Assembly (NCBI RefSeq): GCF_963921235.1
Contig: NC_086108.1
Coordinates: 67,396,001-67,460,000 of the forward strand
DNA from: Mobula hypostoma
Lineage: Eukaryota
Length of the DNA: 64,000 nt
Direction: 5' to 3'
Every line of letters starts with the position of its first letter. Position 1 is the first letter of the stretch. The translations under genes and the position numbers were made by a program. Below, piece by piece: positions 52,666-64,000 of the stretch. The notes beneath the pieces are model-generated. The model ran no database searches. It saw only the letters and a program-made list of their open reading frames with translations, and had not been told where the DNA came from.

Positions 52666-52865
52666 TGTTGTGTCTGTGCAACTACATATCAATTAAAATA
52701 AAAACTCACATTCGAGAAATGGCTTTAACTGGTGTATTCACATTGCAGCGAGAGAGAGAGAGAGAGAGAGAGAGAAAATAATGCACATGTGCAGACAACA
52801 GATCAATACATAGTGCTAAGGGAGGGGGTGTCATTGCTGTAAAAGAAATAGATCCATACTTCATA
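52666..52865 (-). repeat. 3' LTR of Gypsy element
   Basis: Direct repeat of 59122-59328; preceded on minus by PPT AAAGGTGGAGGAAG (52866-52879). Confidence 0.92.
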
Positions 52866-54217
52866 CTTCCTCCACCTTTAGATTAATGCAACATAAAACT
52901 GTATATGTACAAAACATTTAATTTCCCTTTCATAAACCCATAATCCAAAAAAAAACACCTTCACAATAACAGTCTATAAATAACTTCACAGTTCTGAAGG
53001 TTCAGTCTTTTGGGTGGCGCTCTGTTTCTTTCAGGATAGCGTCTCTGGACCTGTGATGTGGCATCAGGCTTGGCAGGTGTCTTGTCTAAGATAATGTTCT
53101 CAGTTTCCCGTGTCACGCTGCTGTCAGTGACATCATCACTGAGAGGTGAGTCCAGTGACTGTAATGTGTCCGTCTTGTTGGATACAATCGACTCAAGTGT
53201 GTTCTTCAGTTAAGCATCCAGTATCAGGTCAACATGACGTCTCCATATCTGATCTCCAACATTTAGTGTGTACATCAGTGGTTCAGTTCTTGTACCTATC
53301 CTACCGGGTATCCACTTGTCTTCTCAGTCATCACACGCTAGGCCTTCCTGTCCAATCTCGAAGTTCCTTGCTGCTTCACTTGGCAATTGCTGAACTGTTT
53401 ATTCTGCACTTCCCTCCACAGATCTGGTTTCAGGAGCTCTATGTGAGATCTCAGATTCCTGCTCATGGACAGCATTGCAGGTGTTTGATTTGTTGTCGCA
53501 TGAACAGAGTTCCGATACACAAAAAGGAAGTTATCCACCTTGTACTGTAGAGAAATGTCCTCCTTGTCCATTGTTTTAATGGACTTCATGAAGGTCTGGA
53601 TAAACCTTTTAGTTAACCCATTAGTTGCTGGGAGGTGAGGAAGGTAGGTTGGCGAAGGTAGTCCTCAGAGTGGAGTCAGTCTTTGCTGACGTGGTTTACT
53701 TCATTGGTATAAACTCCAACCACTTCAAATGAGCTTTCACAGCAATCAGAAACATGGAGTCCATGAATGGCCCAGCAAAGTCAATATGTACTCGTTGCCA
53801 CGGTTACAACATGTAATGTAATGAAAACTTTTGGCCAAGTTTTCAATCTGTTTATCTACTCCTGGTCACCACACATAGCTCCGGGCAAGACTCTTCATAT
53901 TGATTGTATCCAGGTGTCCTTCATGCAGATTTTATAACACTCTGGTGAGCAGTTTAGAAGGGACCACAACACGAATATCCACATATCAGCGTTATTAGAT
54001 ATACTGACAGTTGCATACTAACACCATCCTTGCATAGTGATTTCATAGACTTTTGACAATGTCAGTTCATTCCTTGTTTCCCTTTCAACTGCAGAATTTT
54101 TTACCAGCAACTGGTCCACCAGTGCAGTGTGGAACACTTCTGCTGGGTCACAGTATGAAGACTTTTCTACTTCAGTTGCCATTAATGGAAGATGTGACAA
54201 GCCATCAGCGCTGCTAT

Positions 54218-56409
54218 CACAAAATACTCTGCAGATGCTGGGGTCAAAGCAACACTCACAACACGCTGCAGGAACTCAGCAGGTTGGGCAGCATCCATGG
54301 AGAAGATCAGTCAACGTTTCGGGCTGGAACACTTCATCAGGACTGAAGAGGGAGGGGGCAGAGGCCCTATAAAGAAGGTGGGGGGAGGGTGGGAAGGAGA
54401 AGGACGGTAGGTTCCAGGTGAAAAACCAGTAAGGGGAAAGATAAAGGGGTGGGGGAGGGGAAGCAGAAAGGTGATAGGCAGGAAATGTGAAGAAGGAATA
54501 GGGGAAAACACAATAGGTAGTAGAAGGAGGCGGAACCATGAGGGAGGTGATAGATAGCTGGAGGAGGGGGCAGAGTGAAACAGGGATGGGGGAAGGGAGG
54601 GGGGGGGAATTACCGGAAGTTGGAGAATTCTATGTTCATACCAAGGGGCTGGAGACTACCTAGACAGTATATGAGGTGTTGCTCCTCCAACCTGAGTTTA
54701 GCCTCATCATGGCAGTAGAGGAGGCCATGTATGGACATATCCGAATGGGAATGTGAAGCAGAGTTGAAGTGGGTGGCAACCGGGAGGTCCTGTCTGTTGT
54801 GGCGGACGGAGCGGAGGTGCTCGACAAAGCGGTCTCCCAATCTGCATCGGGTTTCACCAATGTAGAGGAGGCCGCACTGGGAGCACCGGATGCAATAGAT
54901 GACCCCAACAGACTCACAAGTGAAGTGTTGCCTCACCTGGAAGGATTGTTTGGGGCCCTGAATGGTACCCTATTCTGGTACTGCTCCCCAACTTTTCCTT
55001 CACTACATTGACGACTACATTGGTGCTGCTTCCTGCTCCCATGCTGACTCGTCAATTTCATTGACTTTACTTCAAACTTCCACCCAGCCCTCAAATTCAC
55101 TTGGTCTATCTCGGACACTTCTCTCCCCTTTCTCGATCTCTTGGTCTCCATATCTGGAGACAGACTGTCCACTGACATCTTCTACAAGCCCACTGACTCT
55201 CATAACTACCTCAACTATACGTCTTCCCATCCTGCCACATGCAAAAATGCCATTCCCTATTCCCAGTTCCTCCATCTCCACCACATCTGCTCCCAGGATG
55301 AGGCTTTCCATTCCAGGACATCTCAAATGTCCTCTTTCTTTAAAGTTTGTTGTTTTCCTTCTGCTGTTATCAATGATGCCCTCACCCGCATCTCCTCCAT
55401 TTCCTGCACTTCGGCCCTCACCCCATCCTCCTGCCGCCACAACGGGGACAGAGTTCCCCTTGTCCTCACCTACCACCCCACTAGCCTCCGGATCCAACAC
55501 ATTATCCTCTGCAACTTCCGCCACCTTCAACAGGACCCCACCACTAAGCACATCTTTCTTCCTCCACCCCTCTCCGCTTTCCGCAGGGATCGGTCCCTCT
55601 GCGACTCCCTTATCCACACGTCCATCCCCACGGATCTCCCACCCGGCATTTATTCCTGTAAGCGTAAGTGCTACACCTGTCCCTACACCTCCTCTCTTGC
55701 CACCATTCAGGGCCCCAAACAGTCCTTCCAGGTGAGGCAACACTTCACTTGTGAGTCTGTTGGGGTCATCTGTTGCATCCGGTGCTCCCGGTGCAGCCTC
55801 CTCTACATCAGTGAAACCTGACGCAGATTGGGAGACCGCTTCGGCGAGCACCTCCCCTCTCCTCCATCCGCCACAACAGACAGGATCTCTCGGTTGCCAC
55901 CCACTTCAACTCTGCTTCACATTCTCATTCAGATATGTCCATACATGGCCTCCTCTACTGCCATGATGAGGCTAAACTCAGGTTGGAGGAGAAACACCTC
56001 ATATACCGTCTAGGTAGTCTCCAGCCCCTTGGTATGAACATTGAATTCTCCAACTTCCAGTAATTCCCTCCCCCTCCCTTCCCCTATTCCTATTTCACTC
56101 TGCCCCCTCCCCCAGCTGCCTATCACCTCCCTCATGGTTCCGCCTCCTTCTACTACCCATTGTATCCCTATTCCTTCTTCACCTTTCCTGCTTATCATCT
56201 CCCTGCTTCCCCTCCCCCACCCCTTTATCTTTCCCCTTACTGGTTTTTCACCTGGAACCTACCGTCCTTCTCCTTCCCACCCTCCCCCCACCTTCTTTAT
56301 AGGGCCTCTGCCCCTTCCCTCTTCAGTCCTGATGAAGGGTTCCAGCCCGAAACGTTGACTGATCATTTCCATAGATGCTGCCCGACCTGCTGAGTTCCTC
56401 CAGTGTGTT
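54218..56409 (+). mobile_element. Penelope-like element with inverted terminal arm, nested in Gypsy pol
   Basis: RT HYIDD..DIFYKPTDSHNYL and GIY-YIG GVIYCIRCSQCGLLYIGET; 54218-54966 is an inverted copy of 55702-56409; TSD ATCAGC(GC/AT)TGCTAT at 54204-17 and 56410-23. Confidence 0.95.
56323..56362 (+). ncRNA. Minimal type-I hammerhead ribozyme motif of PLE (inverted copy at 54307-54346)
   Basis: TCAGTC-CTGATGA-aGGGttccagCCC-GAAAC-GTT-GACTGA: 6-bp stem I, short stem II, palindromic AACGTT stem III. Confidence 0.8.
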
Positions 56410-59121
56410 ATCAGCATTGCTATGTTGTTTGATACCCTTGAACTCATTGTCCTAAGACTGGGCTCCTAGGAACAATGTCCAGCATTGTAACCAGGCAGCA
56501 GTCATCACTGGAATTCCCTTCTTGGGATTGAAAGTGGACACAAGGGGCTGGTGATCTGTCACTGGTGTAAACATTTGTCCATAGAGGTAGTGGTGGAACT
56601 TCTTTATTCCCCATTCTAGCCTAAGGACCTCTCGGTTGATCAGTGTATAGTTACATTATGTGCTCCTCAGTGATTTTGAAGCAAACACAACTGGGTGTTC
56701 AGATCCATCTTTCATTACGTGTGGCAAAACGGCTCCAATGCCATAACGGAATGCATTGTAGTCCAGTCTGATGGGCAGAGATGGGTCATAATGGGTGAGC
56801 AGTTCTTTGGATGTTATGTCTCTTTGTTTCCTTGAATGTCTTTTCACACCTTTCTGACCATTCCCACTTTGCTCCTGTCTGTACAGTGCGTTCAATGGAT
56901 ACAGCAGTGTAGCAATGTTTGGGAGAAACCAGTGGTAGCAGTTTACAAGGCCCAAGTCTGACCTGAGTTGTGACACACTTTCTGGTTTGGGTGCCTGTAG
57001 CAGTGCTTCTGTCTTCTCTTGTGATTTATGTTAGCCATGCTTGTCAATGACATGTCCACAATATTGGATTGCATTCTTGAAAAACTCACATTTCTCTCTC
57101 TTTGCGTGCAGACCATTCTCACTCAGCCTGGTAAACACTTTACCAAGGTTCTGGAGGTGCTGTTCATCATTTTTGCCAGTCACGATGATGTCATCAAGGT
57201 AACATTGTGTTCCTGCAACATCTTGGAGATCTTGGTCTGTTGCTCTTTGCCAAACTGCTGGAGCTGATGCGATGCCAAAGGCGAGATGATTATATTGGAA
57301 CAGTCCCTTGTGAGTGTTAATTGTGAGGAACTTCCTGCTTGATTCCTCAATCTCCATTTGCAGATAGACTTGTGACAAGTCACCTTTGAAAACCCCTCCC
57401 TATCTGCCAAAGATGCAAAAATGTCTACTCGTGGCAGGGATACTGCACAGTACGTGGCACTGGGTTGATGCTCACCTTGAAATTCCCACATATGCCAATG
57501 GCTCCGGCCTTCCCTTTCTTAATCACGTAGACAATGGGTGTCAATCACTCCACTCAACCTTGGAGAGAATTCCAGATGCCCCCAAGTTCCACAGTTCAGC
57601 ATCCATTTTAGGACATAGTGTGTAAGGCAGTGGACACACTTTATGGAATCTTGGTGTTGCTGTTTCATCCAGTTCAATTCTGGCCTTCATGCCTTTGAGT
57701 TAACCATACCCCTTCTCAAACACCTGCTCATTAGTATTAAGCAGCTGTGCCAGTCTCTGGTTAGTACTACTATCTAGGCTACTGTTGCCTGTTGATGTCA
57801 CCCAGAGAGCTCTGATTGAGTGTCAGTCTAGTTGGATTTTTCTCAACCATTCACAGCTGAAAAGTTCAGGCCCTATATTTTTCAATACATAAAGCTCTAA
57901 CTCTTGTGTTTGGCCTCCATACATCACATGTACTATCAATTTGCCTTTGGGAGACACTACATAAGACGTTAGCATCACTGAGGCCTTCTCTAATGGCATC
58001 TTTGAAAACAGTCTGTTGTAGTCAGCCTCTGGCATTATGGACAAAGCTGAACCTGTATCCAATTCCATTTTCAGTTTTACACCAGGCACGTCTATTGTGA
58101 TCCAAATGTTTTTGTGATCTGCTTCAGTTATACTATGCAGTTCTAGACATGACCATTCACCTTTGTCAGACTCTATGTTGTCTGATTCTGTTTTACATTC
58201 GATAACTTTATGCATCTGTTTAGTTTTGTGTTTGAGACTTTTCACTTGTTTGCGCTTTTTGTGTGCCTTGCACATTCTCTCGATGTAACATTGCCTGAGA
58301 CACTTCCTGCATACCTTTTCTTTGAACCAGCAGTCATTGTCATCATAGGAGGATTTGCTACATTGATAATATTTTTGGCTTTTTGTACTATTCAAGGACA
58401 TTTCGGGTATTTCACATTCTAACCTCCTTTTCTGTAGTTCTGCTGCATCCTTTGCCATAGTCACTAATGATATTGCAATGGTCAATGCCCGCTCTAAGGA
58501 TAGGACTGTTTCAGACGGTAGCCTCTTTTGTCTGCTTTGACTATGCATGCCACATACAAGCCTGTCCCTCAGAAAGTCCATCTCTAAGGTCACAGTACTG
58601 GGGAAGTTTGTGTGTTTCTGCAATGTATTAAGAAATGCTTTCATCCTTTGACTGGTTCCTTTTGTAAAATCTAAATCTCTCAACTATTACCAGTAGTTCA
58701 AGCTCAAGAGATTTTGTAAAATTGTAACAATTTCATCGAACATCTTGCCTGCTGGTTTTGCAGGGGTTACTAAGTTGTGTAAGAGACTGCACGTTCTTGG
58801 GCCCATTAAGCTAAGGAGCGTAGGGACTTTATTTTGCTCCTCCACACTGTTCACATTACAATGCAGTTCCTCCCTCTCGATATATGACTCTCAGCCTTCA
58901 TTAGCACTATCCAGTTCATTAACTTTCCTGACTAAAGTCTTCAGCACATTATTTTCACTATAAATGCAGCGTATCTTTCATTGTGCACTTTGCTGCACTC
59001 ACACTTTTGTTAGTGTCCGTGACAGCTTTCTCGTTCTGTTCAACTCTCACTGTTTTGTCCCATAACTGTTGGTGAAATTCATGATACTTTCTAACATTCA
59101 GGTTCGTACTCGCTACCATTT

Positions 59122-59328
59122 TATTGTGTCTGAGCAACTACGTATCAATTAAAATAAAAACTCGTACGCAGAAGATGGCTTTAACTGGCGTATTCACATT
59201 GCAGTGAGAGAGAGAGAGAGGGAAGACAATGTACATGCATATACAACAGTTTATGCGCAGACAATAAATCAATATGTAGTGCTAAGGAGGGGGTCACTGC
59301 TCTGAAAGAAATAGATTCATACATTACT
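59122..59328 (-). repeat. 5' LTR of Gypsy element
   Basis: Direct repeat of 52666-52865; followed on minus by PBS-like TGGTAGCGAG (59118-59109). Confidence 0.92.
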
Positions 59329-59336
59329 GCTTATGG

Positions 59337-59815
59337 TTTACTAAAATGTTGCCTGGGTTTCATCTCCTAAGTTACAGAGAAAGGTTGAACAAATAAGCTC
59401 TTTATTCTTTGGAGCGTAGAAGGTTGAGGGGGGACTTGATAGAGGTGTTTAAAATTATGAGGGGGATTGATACCAGAGTTGACATGGTTAGACTTTTTCC
59501 ATTGAGAGGTGGGAAGATTCAAACAAGAGGACATGGGTTGAGAATTAGAGGACAGAAGTTTAGGGGTAACATGAGGGGGAACTTCTTTACTCAGAGAGTG
59601 GTAGCTATGTGGAATGAGCTTCCAGCAGAAGTGGTTGAGGCAGGTTCTATGTTGTCGTTTAAAGTTAAATTGGATAGATATATGGACAGGAAAGGAATGG
59701 AGGGTTATGGGCTGAGTGCAGGACGGTGGGACTAAGATAGCGTAAGAGTTCAGCACGGACCAGAAGGGCCAAGATGGCCTGTTTCCGTGCTGTAATTGTT
59801 ATATGGTTATATGGT
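59337..59815 (+). mobile_element. CR1 LINE 3' fragment
   Basis: ORF 59409-59735 ERRRLRGDLIEVFKI..FFTQRVVAMWNELP; (GTTATATG)n-like tail. Confidence 0.92.
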
Positions 59816-59992
59816 TGAGATCATAGCCAAACATAATTGTTCAGACTCTGTACTGAGTAGTTGATTTCTCCTATATTTATATTAATGGCTCATTTATTTT
59901 TGTTTCAGTGGAGCTATAGCTATCACAATTGAAATTTCTGTGAAAGATTTAGTGGTTTACTGTTGATAACCAGCAACTCCGTAAAATGCAGT

Positions 59993-60300
59993 TATAGGCA
60001 TCTGTTAGTCTCATGAAACTATGGATTTGCACTTTGGAAAGTTTCCAGGGCGCAGGCCTGGACAAGGTTGTATGGAAGACGAGCAGTTGCCCATGCTGCA
60101 AGTCTCCCCTCTCCACGCAACCGATGTTGTCCAAGGGAAGGGCATTAGGACCCATACAGCTTGGCACCGGTGTCATCGCAGAGCAATGTGTGGTTAAGTG
60201 CCTTGCTCAAGGACACAACACGCTGCCTCAGCCAAGGCTCAAACTAGTGACCTTCAAATCACTAGACGAACACCTTAACCACTTGGCCACGCGCCAACAC
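59993..60300 (-). mobile_element. tRNA-derived SINE with RTE-like tail
   Basis: Same head and central domain as 29472-29768; different 3' half ending 'catgagactaacagatgcctata'; approximate TSD AAATGCA(G)TTA. Confidence 0.85.
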
Positions 60301-60479
60301 AAATGCATTATTCATTAACAATAGTATAATATTCACTCTTTTCAAAAACCGTATATTACATTGAATTCCTTACCATTGCTTTGGAAGGTGTTTGGTCTGA
60401 GTGAAATATTTTTGCACTATCATCACTTTATAAAATGTCACAATGACATTAATCTTTGACCTGATTCAATAACTATTAG

Positions 60480-62820
60480 ATGTCTTCTTATCTGAGTCTG
60501 TGCCCTCTGGTCTAGACTCCACCTCCAAAAGAAACATGCCCTCCACATTCAGAGCCATCGAACGTGCCTCATATATTAATCCTGTCATTCCCAGAATCTT
60601 TCTCGTGAAGTTCCTCTGGACCCTTTCTAATGCCAGCAATGCCAGCAAACCTTCTCTTCGATAAGGGATCAAAACTGCTCATAATCCACCAAGCGCAGTC
60701 TGACCAGTGCCTTATCAAGCCTCTTCTAGTCCTCTTGAAATGAATGCTAACATTGCATTTGCCTTCCTTACCACTAACTCAAGCTGCAAGTTAACTTTTA
60801 GAGAATCATCTATGAAGACTCCCAAGACCCTTTGCACCATTTTCTTCCCATTTATAAAATAGTTTCTGCCTTTATTCCTTCTACCAAAGAACATGGCCAT
60901 ACATTTCCTTACACTATATTCCATCTGCCACTTCTTTGCCAATTGTCTTAATCTACTTCCTCAACACTACCTGCACCTTAAGCTAATTCCAACAGATTTT
61001 TTTGGGCAAGATTTTCCCTTAAGGAAACCATGCTGACTTGTGTCTAGCAACACATACAAAATGTTGGAGGAACTCAGCAGGCTAGGCAGCCTCTATGGAA
61101 ATGAGTATAGTCAATGTTCCAGGCCGAGACCCTTCTTTGTCCACCATTTCTTTTTTCCCCTTACTACTTCTCCTGTGTCACTTTCCAGAAGACCAATATC
61201 CACTCTTGCCTCTTTTTTACTATTTATAAATTTATACTATTTGGCTATCCTCTTTTATATTATTGGCTAGCTTACCTTCATATTTCTTCTTTTCTCTCCT
61301 TACGGCTTTTTTAGTTCCCTTCTGTTGTTTTTAAAAGCTTCCCAATGCTCTAACTCCCAATAATTTTTGCAACATTATATGCCTTCTCTTTTGCTTTTAT
61401 GTTTTCTTTGACTTCCCTTATCAGCCACAGTTGCCTCATCTTCCCAACAGAATATTTCTTTGGGATGTATCCAGCTTGCGCCTTCTGAGTTGCTCCCAGA
61501 AACTCCTGCCATTGTTGGTCTGCTGTCATCCCCACTCGTATTCCCTTCCAAGCATCTTTGGCCAACTCATGCCTCTGTAGTTCCCTTTACCCTACTCTAA
61601 ATACTCATACATTTGACTTCAGCTTCTCCTCTCCAACTACAGGGTGAATTATATCATATTATGATCGTTGTCACCTTAGCATTCCTTTACCTTCCTAATA
61701 AAATCTTGTTCATTACACAACACCCAATCCAGAATTGCCTTTTCCCTAGTGGGCTCAACCACAAACTGCTCAAAGAGAGCCATCTCGTGGGCATTCTATG
61801 AATTCTTTCTTTTGGCATTCAGCACCAACCTGATTTTCCCCATCTACTTGCATATTGAAATCCGCCTTGACTATTGTAGTATTCCACTTGTTACATGCCT
61901 TTTCTATCTCCCATTGTAATTGGTACCCTACACCCTGGCTACTGTTTGGTGGCCTGTATATAACACCCATCAGGGTATTTTTACCCTTGCAGTTTCTTAA
62001 CTCCACCCACAAGGATTCTACATCTTTTGACCTTTCTTCACCTCTTTCTAAGGAATTGATTTCATTCTTTACCAACAGAGCCACCCCACCCCCTCTGCCT
62101 ACCTGCCTGTCCTTAACAATGTGTTAAGCTTCCAACTATGACCTTCTATCAGCCACAACTTAGTGATGCCCGCATTATACCTGCCAATCTAAATGTGCTG
62201 CATGATCATCTACCTTATTCCATATACTGCGTGCTTGCATTCAAATACAGCACCTTCAGCCCTGTATCCATCACTTTTTTTCAATTTTGCCTCCATGTTA
62301 TGAGAAGTTAAATTCTTATCCCTTTCTAAACTACACACTGCACCTGCTTGTATACAAACTGCCCTATCGCTCCAGTTCCCAACCCCCTGCGAATTTCACC
62401 ATCTTCTCAGACAGAAATACCAAAGTACCTTCATTTTAAATGAACTCCCTGGACCTATAGCAACGTTCCCTCTTTGGAGAATTTCCTATTGGCGGAAACA
62501 TCTCAAATTTACCCTGTCTTTCCATTTAAGATTTTCAATAAGATTATCCCCTCATTCTTCTAAAATCCAAAGGATCTAGGTCTATCTTTTTTAGATGATC
62601 ATGATAGAACAATTTTTCATCCCAGATATTAATCCAGTGATTTTTTTCTGGACTACCTCCAATGCTAGTGTGTCAATTATTAAATAAAGGGAAAAGTTGT
62701 ACATGGTGCACCAGGTGTGGTCACATTGTACAATAGTACCTCCTTATTTTTCTATTTTTAAACTCTAGTCCTGGCAATGAAGGCCAATATGACATATAAC
62801 TGTTTAATTTTATGCTGCAT
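60480..62820 (-). mobile_element. Internally deleted CR1 LINE fragments, with PLE-end insertion ~61045-61137
   Basis: APE endonuclease ESLWVEL..GVIYRPPN..DFN (61770-62084); RT C-terminus WQMEYSV, LERVQRNFT. Confidence 0.85.
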
Positions 62821-63134
62821 ACAGAAGAAGATGAAAAAATCTTCTGTACTCCAGTGCAATGGCAAAATTTAAGAGGAATTTAGACAATCCCACTGAATGG
62901 GCTGGGAATGCAGGGATGTAGACCATATCAAGCGGATGGGATCAGTTTAAATTGGCATCATAGTTGGCACAGATATTGTCAGCCAAAGTGTCTGTTCCTG
63001 TGCTGTCCTGTTCTATATTCTATACTCTATGCACCCTCTCTCCACTTAAATGATAGTCAGCCTTTTGATTGCACCTTCTGTGCTGTAATGTTCTAATGTT
63101 CTCAAGAATACGACCTCACAATTTTCTACATTAA

Positions 63135-64000
63135 TAAGAGCATAAGACATAGGGGCAGAATTAGGCCATTCAGCCCATCAAGTCTGCTCCACCATTCCAT
63201 CATGGCTGATTCCGGATCCCATTCAACACCATACACCTGCCTTCTCACCATATCCTTTGATGCCCTAACCTATCAGGAAACTATCAACTTCCGCCTTAAA
63301 TATACACACTGACTGGGCCTCCACCACAGTCTGTGGCAGAGCATTCCACAGATTTACTACACTCTGGCTAAAAAAGTTCCTCCTTACTTCTGTTCTAACT
63401 GGCTGCCTCTCAATTTTGAGGCTGTGCCCTCTAGTTTTGGGTATCCCCACCATAAGAAATAATCCTCTCCACATCCACCCTACCTAGTCTTTTCAACATT
63501 CGGTAGATTCCAATGAAACCATGACCCCCCCGCCCCAGGCCAAAAGCTGCCAAATGCTCCTCATGTGTTAACCCCTTCATACTGGGAATCATCCTTGTAA
63601 ACCTGCCCTGGACTCTCTCCAATGACACACCCTTTCTGAGATATGGGGTCCAAAACTGTTGACAATACTCAAAGTTTGGCCTGACTAGTGTCTTATAAAG
63701 GCTCATCATTATCTCCTTGCTTTTATATTCTCAGGACTCTGGGATGTAGTCTATCTGGTCCAGGTGACCTATCCACTTTAAGACCTTTCAGTTTATCTGG
63801 TACTTTTTCCTTTGTAATACCAATGGCATTCACTCCTGACACTCATGGGCCTCTGGCACACTCCTAGTGTCTTTCACAGTGAAGACAGATGCAAAGTACC
63901 AATTAAATTCATCCGCAATTGTCCCCCATTACTACCTCACCAGCACCATTTTCCAGTGGTTCAATACCAATACTCACCTCCCTTTTATTCTTCATATAAC
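63135..64000 (-). mobile_element. CR1 LINE 3' end with internal deletion, runs off window
   Basis: LYKTLVRPNFEYC, FFSQSVVNLWNALP; tail ataagagcataagacatagg; jumps to the linker region near 63732. Confidence 0.9.

Larger units (their letters stand above)
52666..59328 (-). mobile_element. Full-length decayed Gypsy (Mag/K02A2.6-like) LTR retrotransposon
   Basis: Two ~200-bp LTRs; TSD GCTTA at 52661-65 and 59329-33; gag LRDRLVCG with zinc knuckles, protease LDTGS, RT FGIASAP/YLDD, RNase H FASKSL, integrase HATTNQTPA; many stops and deletions. Confidence 0.95.

Noticed and set aside
55072..55851. 259-aa minus ORF and 257-aa plus ORF (54962-55735)
   Set aside because: Antisense or off-frame shadows of the C-rich PLE coding region

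Overview
This 64-kb window is repeat-dominated, AT-rich, CpG-depleted vertebrate DNA, intronic or intergenic. The repeat inventory (HE1-like V-SINEs, Deu-domain SINE, abundant CR1, Penelope-like, Rex1/Babar) points to a cartilaginous fish, probably a ray; this is inference. No host protein-coding gene could be identified, and every recognisable long ORF is a transposon fragment. The window holds many nested, decayed CR1 LINEs; L2, RTE, Rex1/Babar and Hero-like (RLE) LINE fragments; Penelope-like elements (PLEs); tRNA-derived SINEs; a Buster/Charlie-type hAT transposon with TIRs and TSD; and a full-length decayed Mag-like Gypsy provirus (52666-59328, 5-bp TSD) carrying a nested inverted-repeat PLE. 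The most interesting signals are three self-cleaving-ribozyme folds read by eye from retroelements. (1) In the Hero-like 3' UTR (28565-28638) is a hammerhead whose core elements occur in a non-circularly permuted, pseudoknotted order, with a box C/D-type kink-turn in extended stem III. (2) A complete HDV-like double pseudoknot with a large structured J1/2 insert begins a non-coding RTE derivative (45296-45491). (3) Minimal type-I hammerheads occur in PLE terminal repeats. Boundaries of old repeats are approximate; TSD, LTR and ribozyme coordinates were counted by hand.
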